From Malacoraja senta (taxonomy: Eukaryota): a stretch of 64,000 nucleotides of DNA. The notes under the pieces were generated by a model, which saw only the letters and a program-made list of their open reading frames with translations, was not told the origin of the DNA and made no database searches. The translations under genes were made by a program, and so were the position numbers. The stretch spans positions 9,984,001-10,048,000 of the forward strand of contig CM075994.1 in the NCBI GenBank assembly GCA_038087875.1, written 5' to 3'. Below are positions 1 through 13,034 of this stretch, piece after piece (the first letter of the stretch is position 1; each line of letters starts with the position of its first letter).

Positions 1-2214
1 TGCTGATTCAGCTTTTATCTGCATTGCTTCATCCAATACATCTGCTGGGATATTATAATGATCTTTTGTATATTTTTTTAAATAGTCACATATTTGAAAA
101 TATTTAAAATATTGATTATTTCCCAGTTTATATTTTATTTGTAATTGTTGGAATGATATTAATTTTACAGTTTCATACAAGTCACCGAACGTTTTAATTT
201 AATCCCATTGTGTAAAAGATTTGTCTGTAATAGAGGGATTAAACGAAGGGTTATTAACTATTGGAGATAAAAGCGATTGATTTCTTAATTTTACATTTTG
301 TTTTATTTGTTTCCAAGTTCTAATTGTACTATATATAATTGGGTTTTTGATATAATTTATGTTATTCAGTTTCATTGGTGAGAGGAAGATCGCTCCAATA
401 TTACCAGAGGAGCAGTCCTCTCTTTCCATTACAATCCAGTCCACTTGCTGGGCAGAGTTGTCCATCAGTTGGATCATATTTTTTAATATTTACTGACCAA
501 TAATAATACATGAAGTTAGGGAATGCTAAGCCCCCTAATACTTTAGCTTTGTTCAAGTGTGTTCTTTGTATTCTATGGAATCCCATATAAAATTAATAAT
601 GTCTGAGTCCAATTTTTTTTTAAACTTCTTTGGTAGGTATATAGGAATCGATTGAAATAGGTATAAAATTTGTGGTAAGAAGATCATTTTTATTGCATTT
701 ATTCGGCCTATTAAAGGCATCGGAAGCGTTTTCCAAAATTTAATTAATGTATTTAATATATTAAGTAGAGGGTCATAATTTGCTTTGAACATGCCTTGAT
801 ATGTTCTGGTGATTTCAACACCCAAGTATTTACATTTTTCTGTAGCTATTTTAAAAGGGAATTTTAAAAGATGTGTTGAGTCTTTCGGTTTTATTGACAT
901 AATTTCACTTTTATTCCAATTTATTCTGTATCCAGAAAAGGATCCAAAGTCCTCAATTAGATTTAGTATGTTTGGTATAGTAATTTGAGGTTTTGTAATG
1001 TACAATAATATGTCATCCGCGTATAAAGATATTTTATTATTTGAGTATTTAGTATTATACCCATGGATATCTGGATGTGTTCTAATTTTTTCTGCTAAAG
1101 GTTCAATTATGAGAGCAAATAACTGGTGATAATGAGCATCCTTGTCTGTTTCCCCTTGATAGTTGAAATTTCAAGGATAATATGTTATTAGTTAGTATTC
1201 TAGCTGTAGGTTTATTATATAATAATTTAATCCATAAAATAAAATTCTCTCCCAGTTGGAATTTTTGTAATACTTTATCCATTTAATTCCATTCTACTTG
1301 GTCAAATGCTTTTTCAGCGTCCAGCGAAATAATTGATAATTCTTGTTCTTCAATTTTGTGTGAGTGCATTATATTGAGTAGACGTCTCATATTATTAGAT
1401 GAATATCTCTTAGGGATAAACCCCATCTGATCTGGGTTTATTAATTTACTAATATATTTACTTAATCTTCTAGCTAATGTTTTCACTAATATTTTTTGAT
1501 CTGTATTTAACAATGCTATAGCTCTATATGAACCCGGTTCTTCTATATCTTTGTCTTTTTAAGTATTAGTGTGATCGTTGATTCAGCTAATGTATCAGGT
1601 AATATTTGTTTTTTAAAAGCATATTGATACATTTTTTGTAACCGTGGTATAATTTTGTCATAAAAGCTTTTATAAAATTCATTAGTAAATCCATCAGGAC
1701 CTGGAGTTTTTCCATTCTTTAATGAATTTATTGTGTCTTCTAATTCCTTGATTGAAATTTGTGCACCCAATTCATCTTGTTCCTTCAACTCTAACTTTGG
1801 AAGATTACAATTATCCAAGAACTCTGTAATTTTATTGGAGTCCGTTGTCGTTTTAGATGTGCACAAATTCTCATAAAATTGCACAAATCTTTTATTAATA
1901 TCCTTCGGTATGGTTAGTAATTCCCCTCTATCTGATTTAATCTTTTGGATCGTATGTTCTTTTTCTCGGTTTTTTAGCTGACGAGCCAAAAGTTTATGCG
2001 GTTTATCCCCAAATTCAAAGTGTTCCTGTTTTGTAATTTGGAAAAGTCTTATAAGTTTGGCTGATAATAGTTTATTTAATTTAAATTTCAAAATTATTAT
2101 TTTATTATGTTTATCTATTGATGGATATTTAGCATTATCTATATCGATTTGTCTAATAAGTTCTTCTAACCGTCTTTGTTCATTCTTATTCTTTTTATTT
2201 TGAAAAGCTTGGTA

Positions 2215-5200
2215 TAACCATATAACCATATATCCATAACAGCACGGAAACAGGCCATCTCGGCCGTTCAAGTCCGTGCCGAACACTTTTTAAAAAATAA
2301 TTTACTTCCCCCTATTCCCATCCACTCAGACCATAACCCTCCAATCCTTTCCCGTCCATATACCCATCCAATCTATTTTTAAAGGATAACATCGAACCTG
2401 CCTCCACCACTTCCACTGGAAGCTCATTCCACACAGCTACCACTCTCTGAGTAAAGAAGTTCCCCCTAATGTTACCCCTAAACTTCTGTCCCATAATTCT
2501 CAAGTCATGTCCCCTTGTTTGAATCTTCCCTACTCTCAATGGGAAAAGCTTATCCACGTCCACTCTGTCTGACCCGCTCATAATTTTAATGACCTCTATC
2601 AAGTCCCCTCTTAACCTTTTGCGCTCCAAAGAATAAAGACCTAACTTGTTCAACCTTTCTCTGTAACTTAGTTGCTGAAACCCAGGCAACATTCTAGTAA
2701 ATCTCCTCTGTACTCTCTCTATTTTGTTGACATCCTTCCTATAATTAGGCGACCAAAATTGTACTCCATACTCCAGAATTGGCCTCACCAATGCCTTGTA
2801 CAATTTTAGCATTACATCCCAACTTCTACATTCAATGCTCTGATTTATAAAGGCCAGCACACCAAAAGCTTTCTTTACCACCCTATCTACATGAGATTCC
2901 ACCTTCAGGGAACTATGCACAGTTATTCCTAGATCCCTCTGTTCAACCGCATTCCTCAATTCGCTACCATTTACCATGTACTTCCTATTTTGATTTGTCC
3001 TGCCGAGATGTAGCACCTCACATTTGTCAGCATTAAACTCCATCTGCCATCTTTCAGCCCACTCTTCCAAATGGCCTAAATCTCTCTGTAGACTTTGAAA
3101 ATCTACTTCATTATCCACAACACAACCTATCTTAGTATCATCTGCATACTTACTAATCCAATTTTCCACACCATCATCCAGATCATTGATGTACATGACA
3201 AACAACAGTGGACCCAACACAGACCCCTGAGGCACCCCACTAGTCACCGGCCTCCAACCTGACAAACAGCCATCCACCATTACTCTCTGGCATCTCCCAT
3301 TCAGCCACTGTTGAATCCATCTTGCTACTCCACCATTAATACCCAACAATTCCCCCCACACTCTGGGACAGGTGAGGTGGTGTGTCACGCACTATCCCTT
3401 CCCCCAATTTGAGGTTTACTCTTAGAACCCTTTTTAAACAACGGAACAACATGCGCAGTACGCCAATCCTCCGGCACTATTTATTAGAAGTACATTACAT
3501 TACAACCAATTACATTCGTACTCGTCACGTATCTCTTATTACAATTAATGTACTCCGTCATTTTTTACACTAATAAAGGGAAAGGATGAGATTGAGAGAA
3601 AGGAGAAAGTGAAGGGAAATAGTGAAAGTGTAAAAAACGTGACAACAAAAAAGAACAAAGACCCTATAAGAAAGAAATTTAAAAAAAAAGAATTAAGAAA
3701 TAGACCCTAAAAAAGAAGAAAAAAGAGAAAGAGGGAAAAGAGAAAAACAAATACTTTGTTGAAAGCATCACGCAAATGGGATATACCAACTCTCCAGCTT
3801 TCATCCCCCCCTTACCTGACCTCAGTTTTATTTTTTTAAAGTACTTTTGCACCCTATACTTGTAATAATTCTATAAATGCAGACCACGTCAGGTGGAAGT
3901 GATCTGGTTTACCTGCCAGGAGGAGTCTTATCTCTTCTAGGTGTAATGTTTCGAACATATTTGAAATCCACATGTTTATAGTTGGTATTGGAGCGTTTTT
4001 CCAGAATTTTAGGATTAACTTTTTTCCAGTTATTAACCCATAGTCTATTAATTTCTTTTGGAACACATTTAGTTCTGGACTATCTTCCGTTGTTCCGAAG
4101 ATAATCCATTCTGCTTTGGGTATCAGTTTTATTTTTAATAATTTTGAAAAGATTTCAAAAATTTCAATCCAAAATTTTTGAATTTTTGTACAGAGAACAA
4201 ATGAGTGCGGTATAGTAGCTTCTTGAGATTGACATTTATCACAAATGGCTATTCCCGTCTCTAATGACATTTGAACTATTTCTGTCATAGCCCCTGCTAT
4301 TTCTACACTAACTTCCCTCAATGTCCTAGGGAATATCCTGTCAGGACCTGGAGACTTGTCCGTTTTCATATTTTTCAATATCTCCCTAATCTCTTTTGGC
4401 TCTGCAGATAGCTGTCCACTCTGACTCTCTAATGGACCAATTTTATTCCTTGTTATCCTTTTGCTATTAATATAGCTGTAGAAACCCTTTGGATTTACTT
4501 TCACCTTACTTGCCAAAGCAACCTCATATCTTCTTTTTGCTTTTCTAATTTCTTTCTTAATATTATTTTTACATTCTTTATACTCCTCAAGCACCTCATT
4601 TACTCCATGCTGCCTATAATTATTGTAGATCTCTCTCTTTTTCCGAACCGTGTCCAATTTCCCTTGAAAACCATGGTTCTTTCCAATTTTTACTATTTCC
4701 TTTCAACCGAACAGGGACATAAAGATTCTGTACTCTTAAAATTTCACCCTTAAATGTCCTCCATTTCTCTTCTACATCCTTCCCATAAAACAACATGTCC
4801 CAATTCCCTCCTTTTAAATCCTTTCGCATCTCCTCAAAGTTAGCCTTTCTCCAATCAAAAATCTCAACCCTGGGTCCAGTTCTGACCCTCTCCATAATTA
4901 TATTGAAACTAATGGTATTGTGATCACTGGACCCGAAGTGCTCCCCGACGCTTATCTCCGCCACCTGCCCTGTCTCATTTCATAACAGGAGGTCCAGCAC
5001 TGCCCCTTCTCTAGTAGGTACCTCTATGTATTGCTGCAAAAAACTATCCTGCACACATTTTACAAACTCCAAACCACCCAGCCCTTTTACAGAATGTGTT
5101 TCCCAGTCTATGTGTGGAAAATTGAAATCTCCCACAATCACTACCTTGTGCTTACCACTAATATCTGCTATCTCCTTGCATATTTGCTCTTCCAATTCTC

Positions 5201-5321
5201 GCTCCCCATTTGGCGGTCAATAATACACCCCTATAAGTGTTGCTACACGTTTCCCATTTCTCAGTTCCACCCAAATAGCCTCCCTAGACGAGCCCTCTAA
5301 TCTATCCTGCCAAAGCACTGC
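2215..5321 (-). mobile_element. CR1-clade LINE with internal deletions, inserted into L1 ORF2
   Basis: Endonuclease motifs VVIVGDFNFP and GSSDHN, KSPGPDRI, RT motifs [13 protein letters not shown] and YADDTK, C-terminal FFTQRVV..WNELP; 3' tandem tail (TATATGGT)n at ~2215-2240. Confidence 0.9.
3482..4246 (-). mobile_element. 5'-truncated L1 3' fragment (Cys-containing C-terminus plus 3' UTR) inserted in the CR1
   Basis: CDKCQSQEATIPHSFVLCTKIQKFW ... KKLILKFWK; the CR1 sequence ggcactatt resumes as ctattcccgtctc at ~4247. Confidence 0.8.
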
Positions 5322-6583
5322 TGAGATTATAACACCTCTAATAAATGCTTTAAAAGATTCCCATAGTAAAGTACGCGATATATCTGGAGTGTCATTTATT
5401 TCAAAAAAGACGTCCATTTGTTCTTTTAAATATATACTCGCTTGCGGATCTTTTAGGATCTGAGAATTGAATCTCCAAAACGATTTGTTCTTAGACATTC
5501 CTTCCAGTTTTAAAAAGAAAGTTAGTGGTGAATGGTCTGAAATCGAATTTGTATGGTATGCTGGGTTCACAGTGTGAGGGATTAATTTTGTATCCACCAG
5601 GAAATAATCTATACGTGAGTATGTTTTGTGTACCATTGAATAAAACGAGTATTCCCTGCCAGTCGGATTAGCAATTCTCCAAACATCTGTTATATTGATA
5701 TTATTTATATAAGTATTTAAAAGTTCACTAGTTTTAGATTTCGTATTCCCTCTCTGTTTTTGGCTTGATTTGTCTAAATACGGATCTAAAACACAGTTAA
5801 AGTCTATTATAACATTCTGGTAATTAGATTCTGCGATTATGTTCAGGATTTTATTGAAAAAATGAGGATTATCAAAGTTAGGCGCGTATATATTTACCAA
5901 GGTAATTGGGGTAGCGTGAATCTCTCCGGTAACTATCAAATATCCCCCTTCCTTATCTGTTATGGTATTCTTTGCTTTGAATGGTATGCCTTTTCGAATA
6001 ATGATTGATGTACCTCTAGATTTTGAAGTATATGAAGAATGATATATTTGACCTATCCAATTCGCCCTCAATCTAGCCTGATCCTGGGATTTGAGATGGG
6101 TTTCTTGTAGAAAGATGATGTCAGTATTGTACAATTTCAGCTGAGCTAATATCTTACCCCTTTTAATAGGTTCATTAACACCTCTTATATTCCAACTGCA
6201 GAATGTCTCCTCCTTGGTTCTTTTGTTTAACGTCTTGCATTTTGAATAGTTATAATACCTTTAAATTTTACGGTGCATCCATACCTCACGTCTTTAGGTA
6301 TTGGGGGAACCTTTGCATTACTAAGTTCTGTTGGCATATCCCTTTTACGCTTATCACTAAACAAAAAACACGAACATGTGACTTGATGTCAAAAAAAAAA
6401 GGGATAAAAAGGGGAAAAAATGTGATAGTAAAAAAAAAATTGAAAAAGTAAAAATACAGTGTCTAAAATTGTCGACACTGTAACAAGTGGCCCACCTGTA
6501 GGTGGGAGCAAACCTTGTATCGACTTCCATTGTCGATGTTAAACAATTAGCTCCGCTCCCTTGATTACTCATAACATAATGGG

Positions 6584-7228
6584 TGAAACCGAATGCAGAA
6601 CTGATCATTTTTGGAACAATCGAAGCCAGTTTGGAGCTGACTTCGTTTCAAAGGAGCTTTCTTAATTATGGCTTAATAACGGCAAAAAAACGTATACTGA
6701 AATTCTGGAAAAACGCTCCCACGCCAATGACAAAAATGTGGATTTCTAATATGGCGGAACTGTTACACCTAGAAGATATGAGATTCCTCTTAGCAGGTAA
6801 ACCAGACCAATTCCAAAAGATTTGGTCTCCATTTATCGACTTATTACAAATATAGGGTGCAACAAAATGTTGATAATAAATGGTTTCAGGACCTGGCGAG
6901 GGGTGAGTAAAGATATGAAGTAGGTACATCCCTTTTATATTGTCCTATCTTATCTTACTTTTTCTTTTTTCTTTTTCCTGCTTTTGGTTTCTCCCTTTTT
7001 TTAAAACTATTTCTTGTGGTTTAGTTCCATATGGGTGTTCCTGGACCACTTTCAATCACTCACTTTCTATCTTTACTAACTCTTTCTATCCTTTTTCTTA
7101 TTAAAGTTTAAAATAAGATGTGGTACAAGAAAAGTATAACCTTATGTTTATTGGAGATCACTGTACTGTACAATACTTCTAATAAAAAAAGAATTTAAAA
7201 AAATTAAAAAAATAAAAAATAAAATAAA
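6584..7228 (+). mobile_element. 5'-truncated L1 3' fragment with A-rich tail and 13-bp TSD
   Basis: ORF 6583-6855 is homologous to the L1 C-terminus at 3855-4246; AATAAA and A-rich tail at ~7180-7228; TSD ATAACATAATGGG at 6571-6583 and 7229-7241. Confidence 0.85.
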
Positions 7229-7784
7229 ATAACATAATGGGACGGGACCTCGCAATCAGATATATAATACAAATTTACCCTATATATTTCGTTATAACAT
7301 ATCATATATATAACAATTTTATCTACTAATTGTTAAACGGATGATTTTACCTTCAATAATAATCAACTGTTGGTTGAAGGGGTTAACGTGAAACGTGCTC
7401 CTGGATCTAAGCCAGGTGCTCGTTTCTCCTCCCCTCCCCCCAGTTATAGATAAGGCTTAGATTTAGTGAATTTTTGTGTTAGTTCATAAATTTGTTTTTT
7501 CTTGTTAGCGTCCGTTACTATTTCTATATTAATATTGTTAGATTGTTAAATTATTAATAGGATTAGTTCTTTATAATTTAAATTAGTATTTTAATCTCTT
7601 AAACAATTAATGCTTCTGGTATAATCCACTCTCTTCGGCATTCTTTGATCGTGTTACTACTGTATTTTTGTTTGTTCAGAATAAAAGCATTTCGTATTTT
7701 TTTTAAAACTAAGGGACAAAAAGGTCAAAAATACAGGACAAATTCCCCGACGGCAATTCGTAGCCCGACTCGGCCGTGGCTGAG

Positions 7785-8190
7785 TGAGGCCATGATGGCC
7801 AGAGTGAGTCCCAGAGCAAATTCGAGGCTCAGCACTTCAACTCCCCCTCCCATTCCGAATCCGACCTTCCTGTCCTGGGCCTCCTCCATTGCCAGAGTGA
7901 GACCCACCGCAAATTGGAGGAGCAGCACCTCATATTTCGCTTGGGTAGTTTACACCCCAGCGGTATGAACATTGACTTCTCTAACTTCAGATAGCCCATG
8001 TTTTCTCCCTCATTCTTCTCCCCCTTATCAGTTCTCCTACAAGTCCTACTGTCTCCGCCCACTTTCTATCTTTTTCCCGCCCCCCCCCCCGACATCAGTC
8101 TGAAGAAAGGTCTCGATCCGAAACGTCACCCATTCCATCTCTCCATAAATGCTGCCTGTCCCGCTGAGTTGCTCCAGCATTTTGTGTCCA
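7785..8190 (+). mobile_element. Penelope-like element 3' fragment (end of GIY-YIG domain plus terminal repeat with hammerhead-like motif)
   Basis: AQHFNS...HRKLEEQHLIFRLG..HPSGMNIDFS, then CTGAAGA...GAAACGTC at 8100-8127. Confidence 0.8.
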
Positions 8191-8419
8191 CCTTGGTATC
8201 TCAAGATGTTCTGGGTCAGTACCTTCGGACGTCAGGCGCCCTGGGCCATGGGTTCGTGTGCTGATGAGTTCTGGGCAAAGACCACCAACGTTCAGAAGGG
8301 GCTGGACCTGGGCCTTGGCTGTTCAGAAGGGTTTGGTGTCAGGACCTAGGAAGTTCTAGAAGTTCAGGAGGTCTTGGGTCAGGACCTTGGGACTTCAGGA
8401 GAATCTGGGTTGGGGCTGT

Positions 8420-10022
8420 GGCAGGCAGTGAAAAAAGCGAATGGCATGTTGGCCTTCATAACAAGAGGAGTTGAGTATAGGAGCAAAGAGGTCCTTCTGC
8501 AGTTGTACAGGGCCCTAGTGAGACCACACCTGGAGAATTGTGTGCAGTTTTGGTCCTCAAATTTGAGGAAGGACAATGTTGCTATTGAGGGAGTGCAACG
8601 TAGGTTCACAAGGTTAATTCCCGGGATGGCGGGACTGTCATATGCTGAGAGAATGGAGCAGCTGGGTTTGTATACTCCGGAGTTTAGAAGGATGAGAGGG
8701 CATCTTATTGAAGCATATAAAATTATTAAGTGTTTGGACACGCTAGGGGCAGGAAACATGTTCCCGACGTTGGGGAAGTCCAGAACCAGGGGCCACACAG
8801 TTTAAGAATAAGGGGTAAGCCATTTAGTATGGAGACGAGGAAACACTTTTTCTCATAGAGAGTTGTGAGTCTGTGGAATTTTCTGCCTCAGAGGGCGGTG
8901 GAGGCCGGTTCTCTGGATGATTTCAAGAGAGAGCTAGATAGGGCTCTTAAGAGGATTTGTGAATTTGTGGAATCCCTGCCTCAGAGGGCAGTAGAGGCCA
9001 AATCACTGGATGGATTTAAGAGAGAGTTAGATAGAGCTCTAGGGGCTAGTGGAATCAAGGGTATGTGGGGAGAAGGCAGGAACGGGTTACTGATTGGGGA
9101 TGATCAGCCATGATCACATTGAATGGCGGTGCTGGCTTGAAGGGCCGAATGGCCTCCTCCTGCACCTATTGTCTATTGTCTATTGTCTAAGTTCAGAAGG
9201 TCAGGTCTTTGGAAGTTCAGGAGGTCTTGGGTCAGGAAATTGGGACTTCAGGAGAATCTGGGTCGGGGCCGTAGGCATTCAAGATGTTCCTGGTCAAGAC
9301 CCTTGGTACTGTAGGTGTGCTTGGCAGGATCTTGTGAGTTGATGAGGTTCTGGGCAAGGACCACTAGGGTTCAGGAGATCCTAGAACAGGATCTTGGAAT
9401 TTCAGAAGGTTTCGGGAGGTTGGGCAGTTCGAGGTACTCGGCACTTCTGCAGGTTCTGGGACATTCCCAGGAACTCTTGAACCTCCAAGATCCCGGGTGG
9501 GAGAAACATGGAAACATAGGTGCAGGAGGAGGCCATTCGGCCCTTCGAGCCAGCACCGCCATTCATTGCGATCAAGGCTGATCGTCCCCAATCAATAACC
9601 CGTGCCTACCTTCTTCCCATATCCCTTGATTCCACTAGCACCTAGAGTTCTATTTAACTCTCTCTTAAATCCATCCAGTGATTTGGCCTCCACTGCCATC
9701 TGTGGCATGGAATTCCACAAATTCACAACTCTCTGGGTGAAAAAGTTTTTTCTCACCTCAGTCTTAAATGGCCTCCCCTTTATTCTAAGACTGTGTGCGG
9801 CCCCTGGTTCTGGGCTCGCCCAACATTGGGAACATTTTTCCTGCATCTAGCTTGTCCAGTCCTTTTATAATTATATATGTCTCTATCAGATCCCCCCTCA
9901 TCCTTCTAAACTCCAGTGAATACAAGCCTAGTCTTTTCGATCTTTCCTCATATGACAGTCCCGCCATCCCAGGGATCAATCTCGTGAACCTACGCTGCAC
10001 TGTCTCAATCACAGGGATGTCC
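8420..10022. mobile_element. Cluster of CR1 3' fragments (8420-9188 +, 9505-10022 -)
   Basis: [43 protein letters not shown]; (TCTATTG)n tail. Confidence 0.9.
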
Positions 10023-10024
10023 TT

Positions 10025-10640
10025 GGTTCTTGGTTCTTGGTATCTTGGTCCTCCAAAATATTCCAAATGGAATTTAAACTGGAGGTGGTGGAGGGAGGAC
10101 TTAAGCCAGAAAGGGTTTTTGGGAAGAAAGAGCTACCTTAAATTTAGTTGCATCTGGTTGGGTAACTATGGTAGGGTGAAGATTATTCCATGCTTTAATT
10201 GTGCGGGGGAAGAATGAATTTCTGTACACTTCTGTCTTGGTAGCTGGAATCTCAAATTGGATCGAATGTCCTCGTCTGCTCCTAATTGGTTTGGGTTTGG
10301 TGTAGGTCTTGTAATCTATGTTGAGCTGACCATTTAACATTTTGTAAAAACAGGTCAAACGGTGTCTTGGAGGGTTCCACCCCAGAGAATTCAGAAGTTT
10401 GGTAACACTCGCTTCTCTCTCATAGGTGTTAGTAACAAATTGAGCTGCCTATCTTTGGACACGTTCGATGGAAGAAATGTTTTTATTTGTGTATGGGTCC
10501 CATGCTGCAACTGCGTAGTCCAAATGAGGTCTAACGAGGGTGAAGTATAGCTTCTCCTTGACAGAAGTTGAACAATGATGAAAGTTGCGCCTCAGAAAAT
10601 TTAGGACACCTGTTGCTTTCACCGTTGCATGATGAGTCCT
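10025..10640 (-). mobile_element. CR1/L2-group LINE 3' fragment of a distinct family (second copy at 62475-63070 +)
   Basis: FYKMLNGQL..RSRRGHS..YRNSFFPRTIKAWNNL; a closely similar sequence lies at 62475-63070. Confidence 0.75.
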
Positions 10641-11559
10641 TCCTCAAATTAGGAGAGCAAAACTGTACACAATAATTTTATATGTTTCTATAAGATCCCC
10701 CCTGATTCTTCTAAACTCCAGTGAATACAAGCCTAGTCTTACCAGAGACCTATACAACTGCAGAAGAACCTCTCTACTCCTATACTGAAATCCTCTTGTT
10801 ATCAATCTGGGAGTTGGTGGGGACATATCCCGCTGGAAGCTCAACCAGGACAAGGAGCCTTGTGTCGAACAATAAACAATAGACAACAGGTGCAGGAGCA
10901 GGCCATTCAATGTGATCATGGCTGATCATCCCCAATCAGTACCCCGTTCCTGCCTTCTCCCCATATCCCCTGACTCCGCTATCTTTAAGAGCCCTATCTA
11001 GCTCTCTCTTGATAGCATCCAGAGAACCGGCCTCCACTGCCCTCTGAGGCAGAGAACTGCACAGACAGTGTTGGAGATGCCTCAGGCATTTCCTCCCAGC
11101 GGAGATTAGATCATTGAACCTATCCAAGTAGACAACTGCAGAATCACGGAACTGCAGGTGCTGGTCCCCCGAGGAAAGACACAAAATGCTGGAGTGATTT
11201 TTCCGACGGGAAAAATGGGAAAAAGCCAGACGACAGCTGCGTAAACGATCAGAGTCACCGCTGGAGTAGGATGGGGGGGTGTTATTGTGATCCGCCCTTA
11301 ACCACTCCCCCCGGGGTTGTCACTGCATGCTCCCGCTAATCCTTCCTTCCCCCCCCCGAACTCACGGTGTCTCCGAAGCCCCTCTTGGCCTGGTCTTGTC
11401 TCCCCTTCACCCAGTGGATCTGCTGCAGGTACCAGACTCGCGTCCGATCCACCATTTCCAGGCCGTGCAAGAGGGCGTCCCTCTCCCTCTCCAGCTCCTT
11501 CATCTGTTTCAGCTGCGGGGGGGAAACGGGGCCACCATTACTGACGAAGGCTCTCGAAC

Positions 11560-12275
11560 CACAAGCTGATCAAAACAGCCTCTCTCCGCAGAGACCGCTC
11601 CCTCCTTAACTCCCTGGTCAACTCGTCCCTTCCCAACCCAGCCACCCCCTCCCCGGGCACTTTCCCCTTGCAACCGCAGGAAATGCTACACTTGTCGCTT
11701 TACCTCCCCCCCTCGACTCCATCCAAGGACCCAAGCTGTCTTTCCAGGTGCAGCAGAGGTTCACCTGCACCTCCTCCAACCTCATCTATTGCATCCGCTG
11801 CTCTAGGTGTCAGCTGCTCTACATCGGTGAGACCAAGCGTAGGCTTGGCGATCGCTTCGCCTAACACCTCCGCTCAGTTCGCATTAACCAACCTGACCTC
11901 CCGGTGGCTCAGCACTTCAACTCCCCCTCCCGTTCCGAATCCGACCTTTCTGTCCTGGGCATCCTCCATGGCCAGAGTGAGACCCACTGTAAATTGGAGG
12001 AGCAGCACCTCATATTTCGCTTGGGCAGTTTACACCCCAGCGGTATGAATATTGACTTCTCCAATTTCAGGTAGTCCCTGCTTGCTCCCTCCTTCCCCTC
12101 CCCTTCCCAGCTCTCCCACAGCCCACTGTCTCCGCCTCTTCCTTTCTTCTTCCGGCACCCCCCCCCCCACCCCCACATCAGTCTGAAGAAGAGTCTCGAC
12201 CTGAAACGTCACCTGTTCCTTCGCTCCATAGATGCTGCCTCACCCACTGAGTTTCTCCAGCATTTTTGTCTACCT
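11560..12275 (+). mobile_element. Penelope-like element 3' part (GIY-YIG endonuclease plus terminal repeat)
   Basis: TFPCNRRKCYTC, FTCTSSNLIYCIRCSRCQLLYIGETKRRLGDRF; hammerhead-like motif at 12183-12210. Confidence 0.9.
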
Positions 12276-12704
12276 GTTTTTCCACGAGTAGTAGCTCGAC
12301 TCAATAACCAAAAACCTGTAGCCTCCTTCTGATCTGGTATTTCATTTAATTCACATGTTTAATCGATAATGTTTTATTAGTAATGTTTAATGTGTCATTC
12401 CTAAATGTCCCTTTATGTCATGTTGTCTCTTGCGGGTGGAGCACCAAGGCAAATTCCTTGTATGTGAATACTTGGCCAATAAACATATTCATTCATTCAT
12501 TCATTCATTCGTTCCTTCTCTCCAGAGATGCTGCCTGTCCCCGCTGAGTTACTCTGGCTTTTTGTGTCCATCTCCCATTATTCATCGACTGATACTTTAT
12601 TATGGATAGACAATAGACAATAGGTGCAGGAGGAGGCCATTCGGCCCTTCGAGCCAGCACCACCATTCAATATGATCATGGCTGATCATCCCCAATCAGT
12701 ACCC

Positions 12705-13020
12705 CCTTCCCTCTGTTCCCCTTCCCCTTCTCTTCCCCCTCCCTCCCCAATCCACCTCCTCCATCCCATCTCCTCTCCCCCAACCCCCTCTCTACCCCTC
12801 CCCTTCCCCTTTCTCTTACCTTCCACCGCCCCAACCACCCCGCCTCCAATCCACCCCCTCCATCTCCTCTCCCCCACCCCTCCCTTCTCCCCCTCCCCTT
12901 TTCTTCCCCCTCCCTCCCCCCCCATTCCTCCCCGTCCCTCTTCCCCTCTCCATCTCCTCTCCCCCACCCCCTCTCTCTCACTCTCTCCCCCTTCTCCCCC
13001 CCCCCCCCGTCCCCGCTCCC
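12705..13020. repeat. Polypyrimidine low-complexity tract
   Basis: Almost pure C/T on the + strand. Confidence 0.9.
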
Positions 13021-13034
13021 AACTCACCACATCA

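Larger units (their letters stand above)
1..6240 (-). mobile_element. Decayed L1-clade LINE ORF2 (APE endonuclease plus reverse transcriptase), split by a ~3.1-kb nested insertion at ~2215-5321
   Basis: APE motifs IIFLQETH, LVNIYAPN, YSRIDYFL, SDHSP (5322-6134). RT motifs KTPGPDGFTNEFYK, LLNTDQKIL, ISLDAEKAFD, FSGYRINWNKSE (553-2213). The APE ORF ends FKAFIRGVIIS at ~5322 and resumes YQAFQNKK at ~2213. Several frameshifts. Confidence 0.9.
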
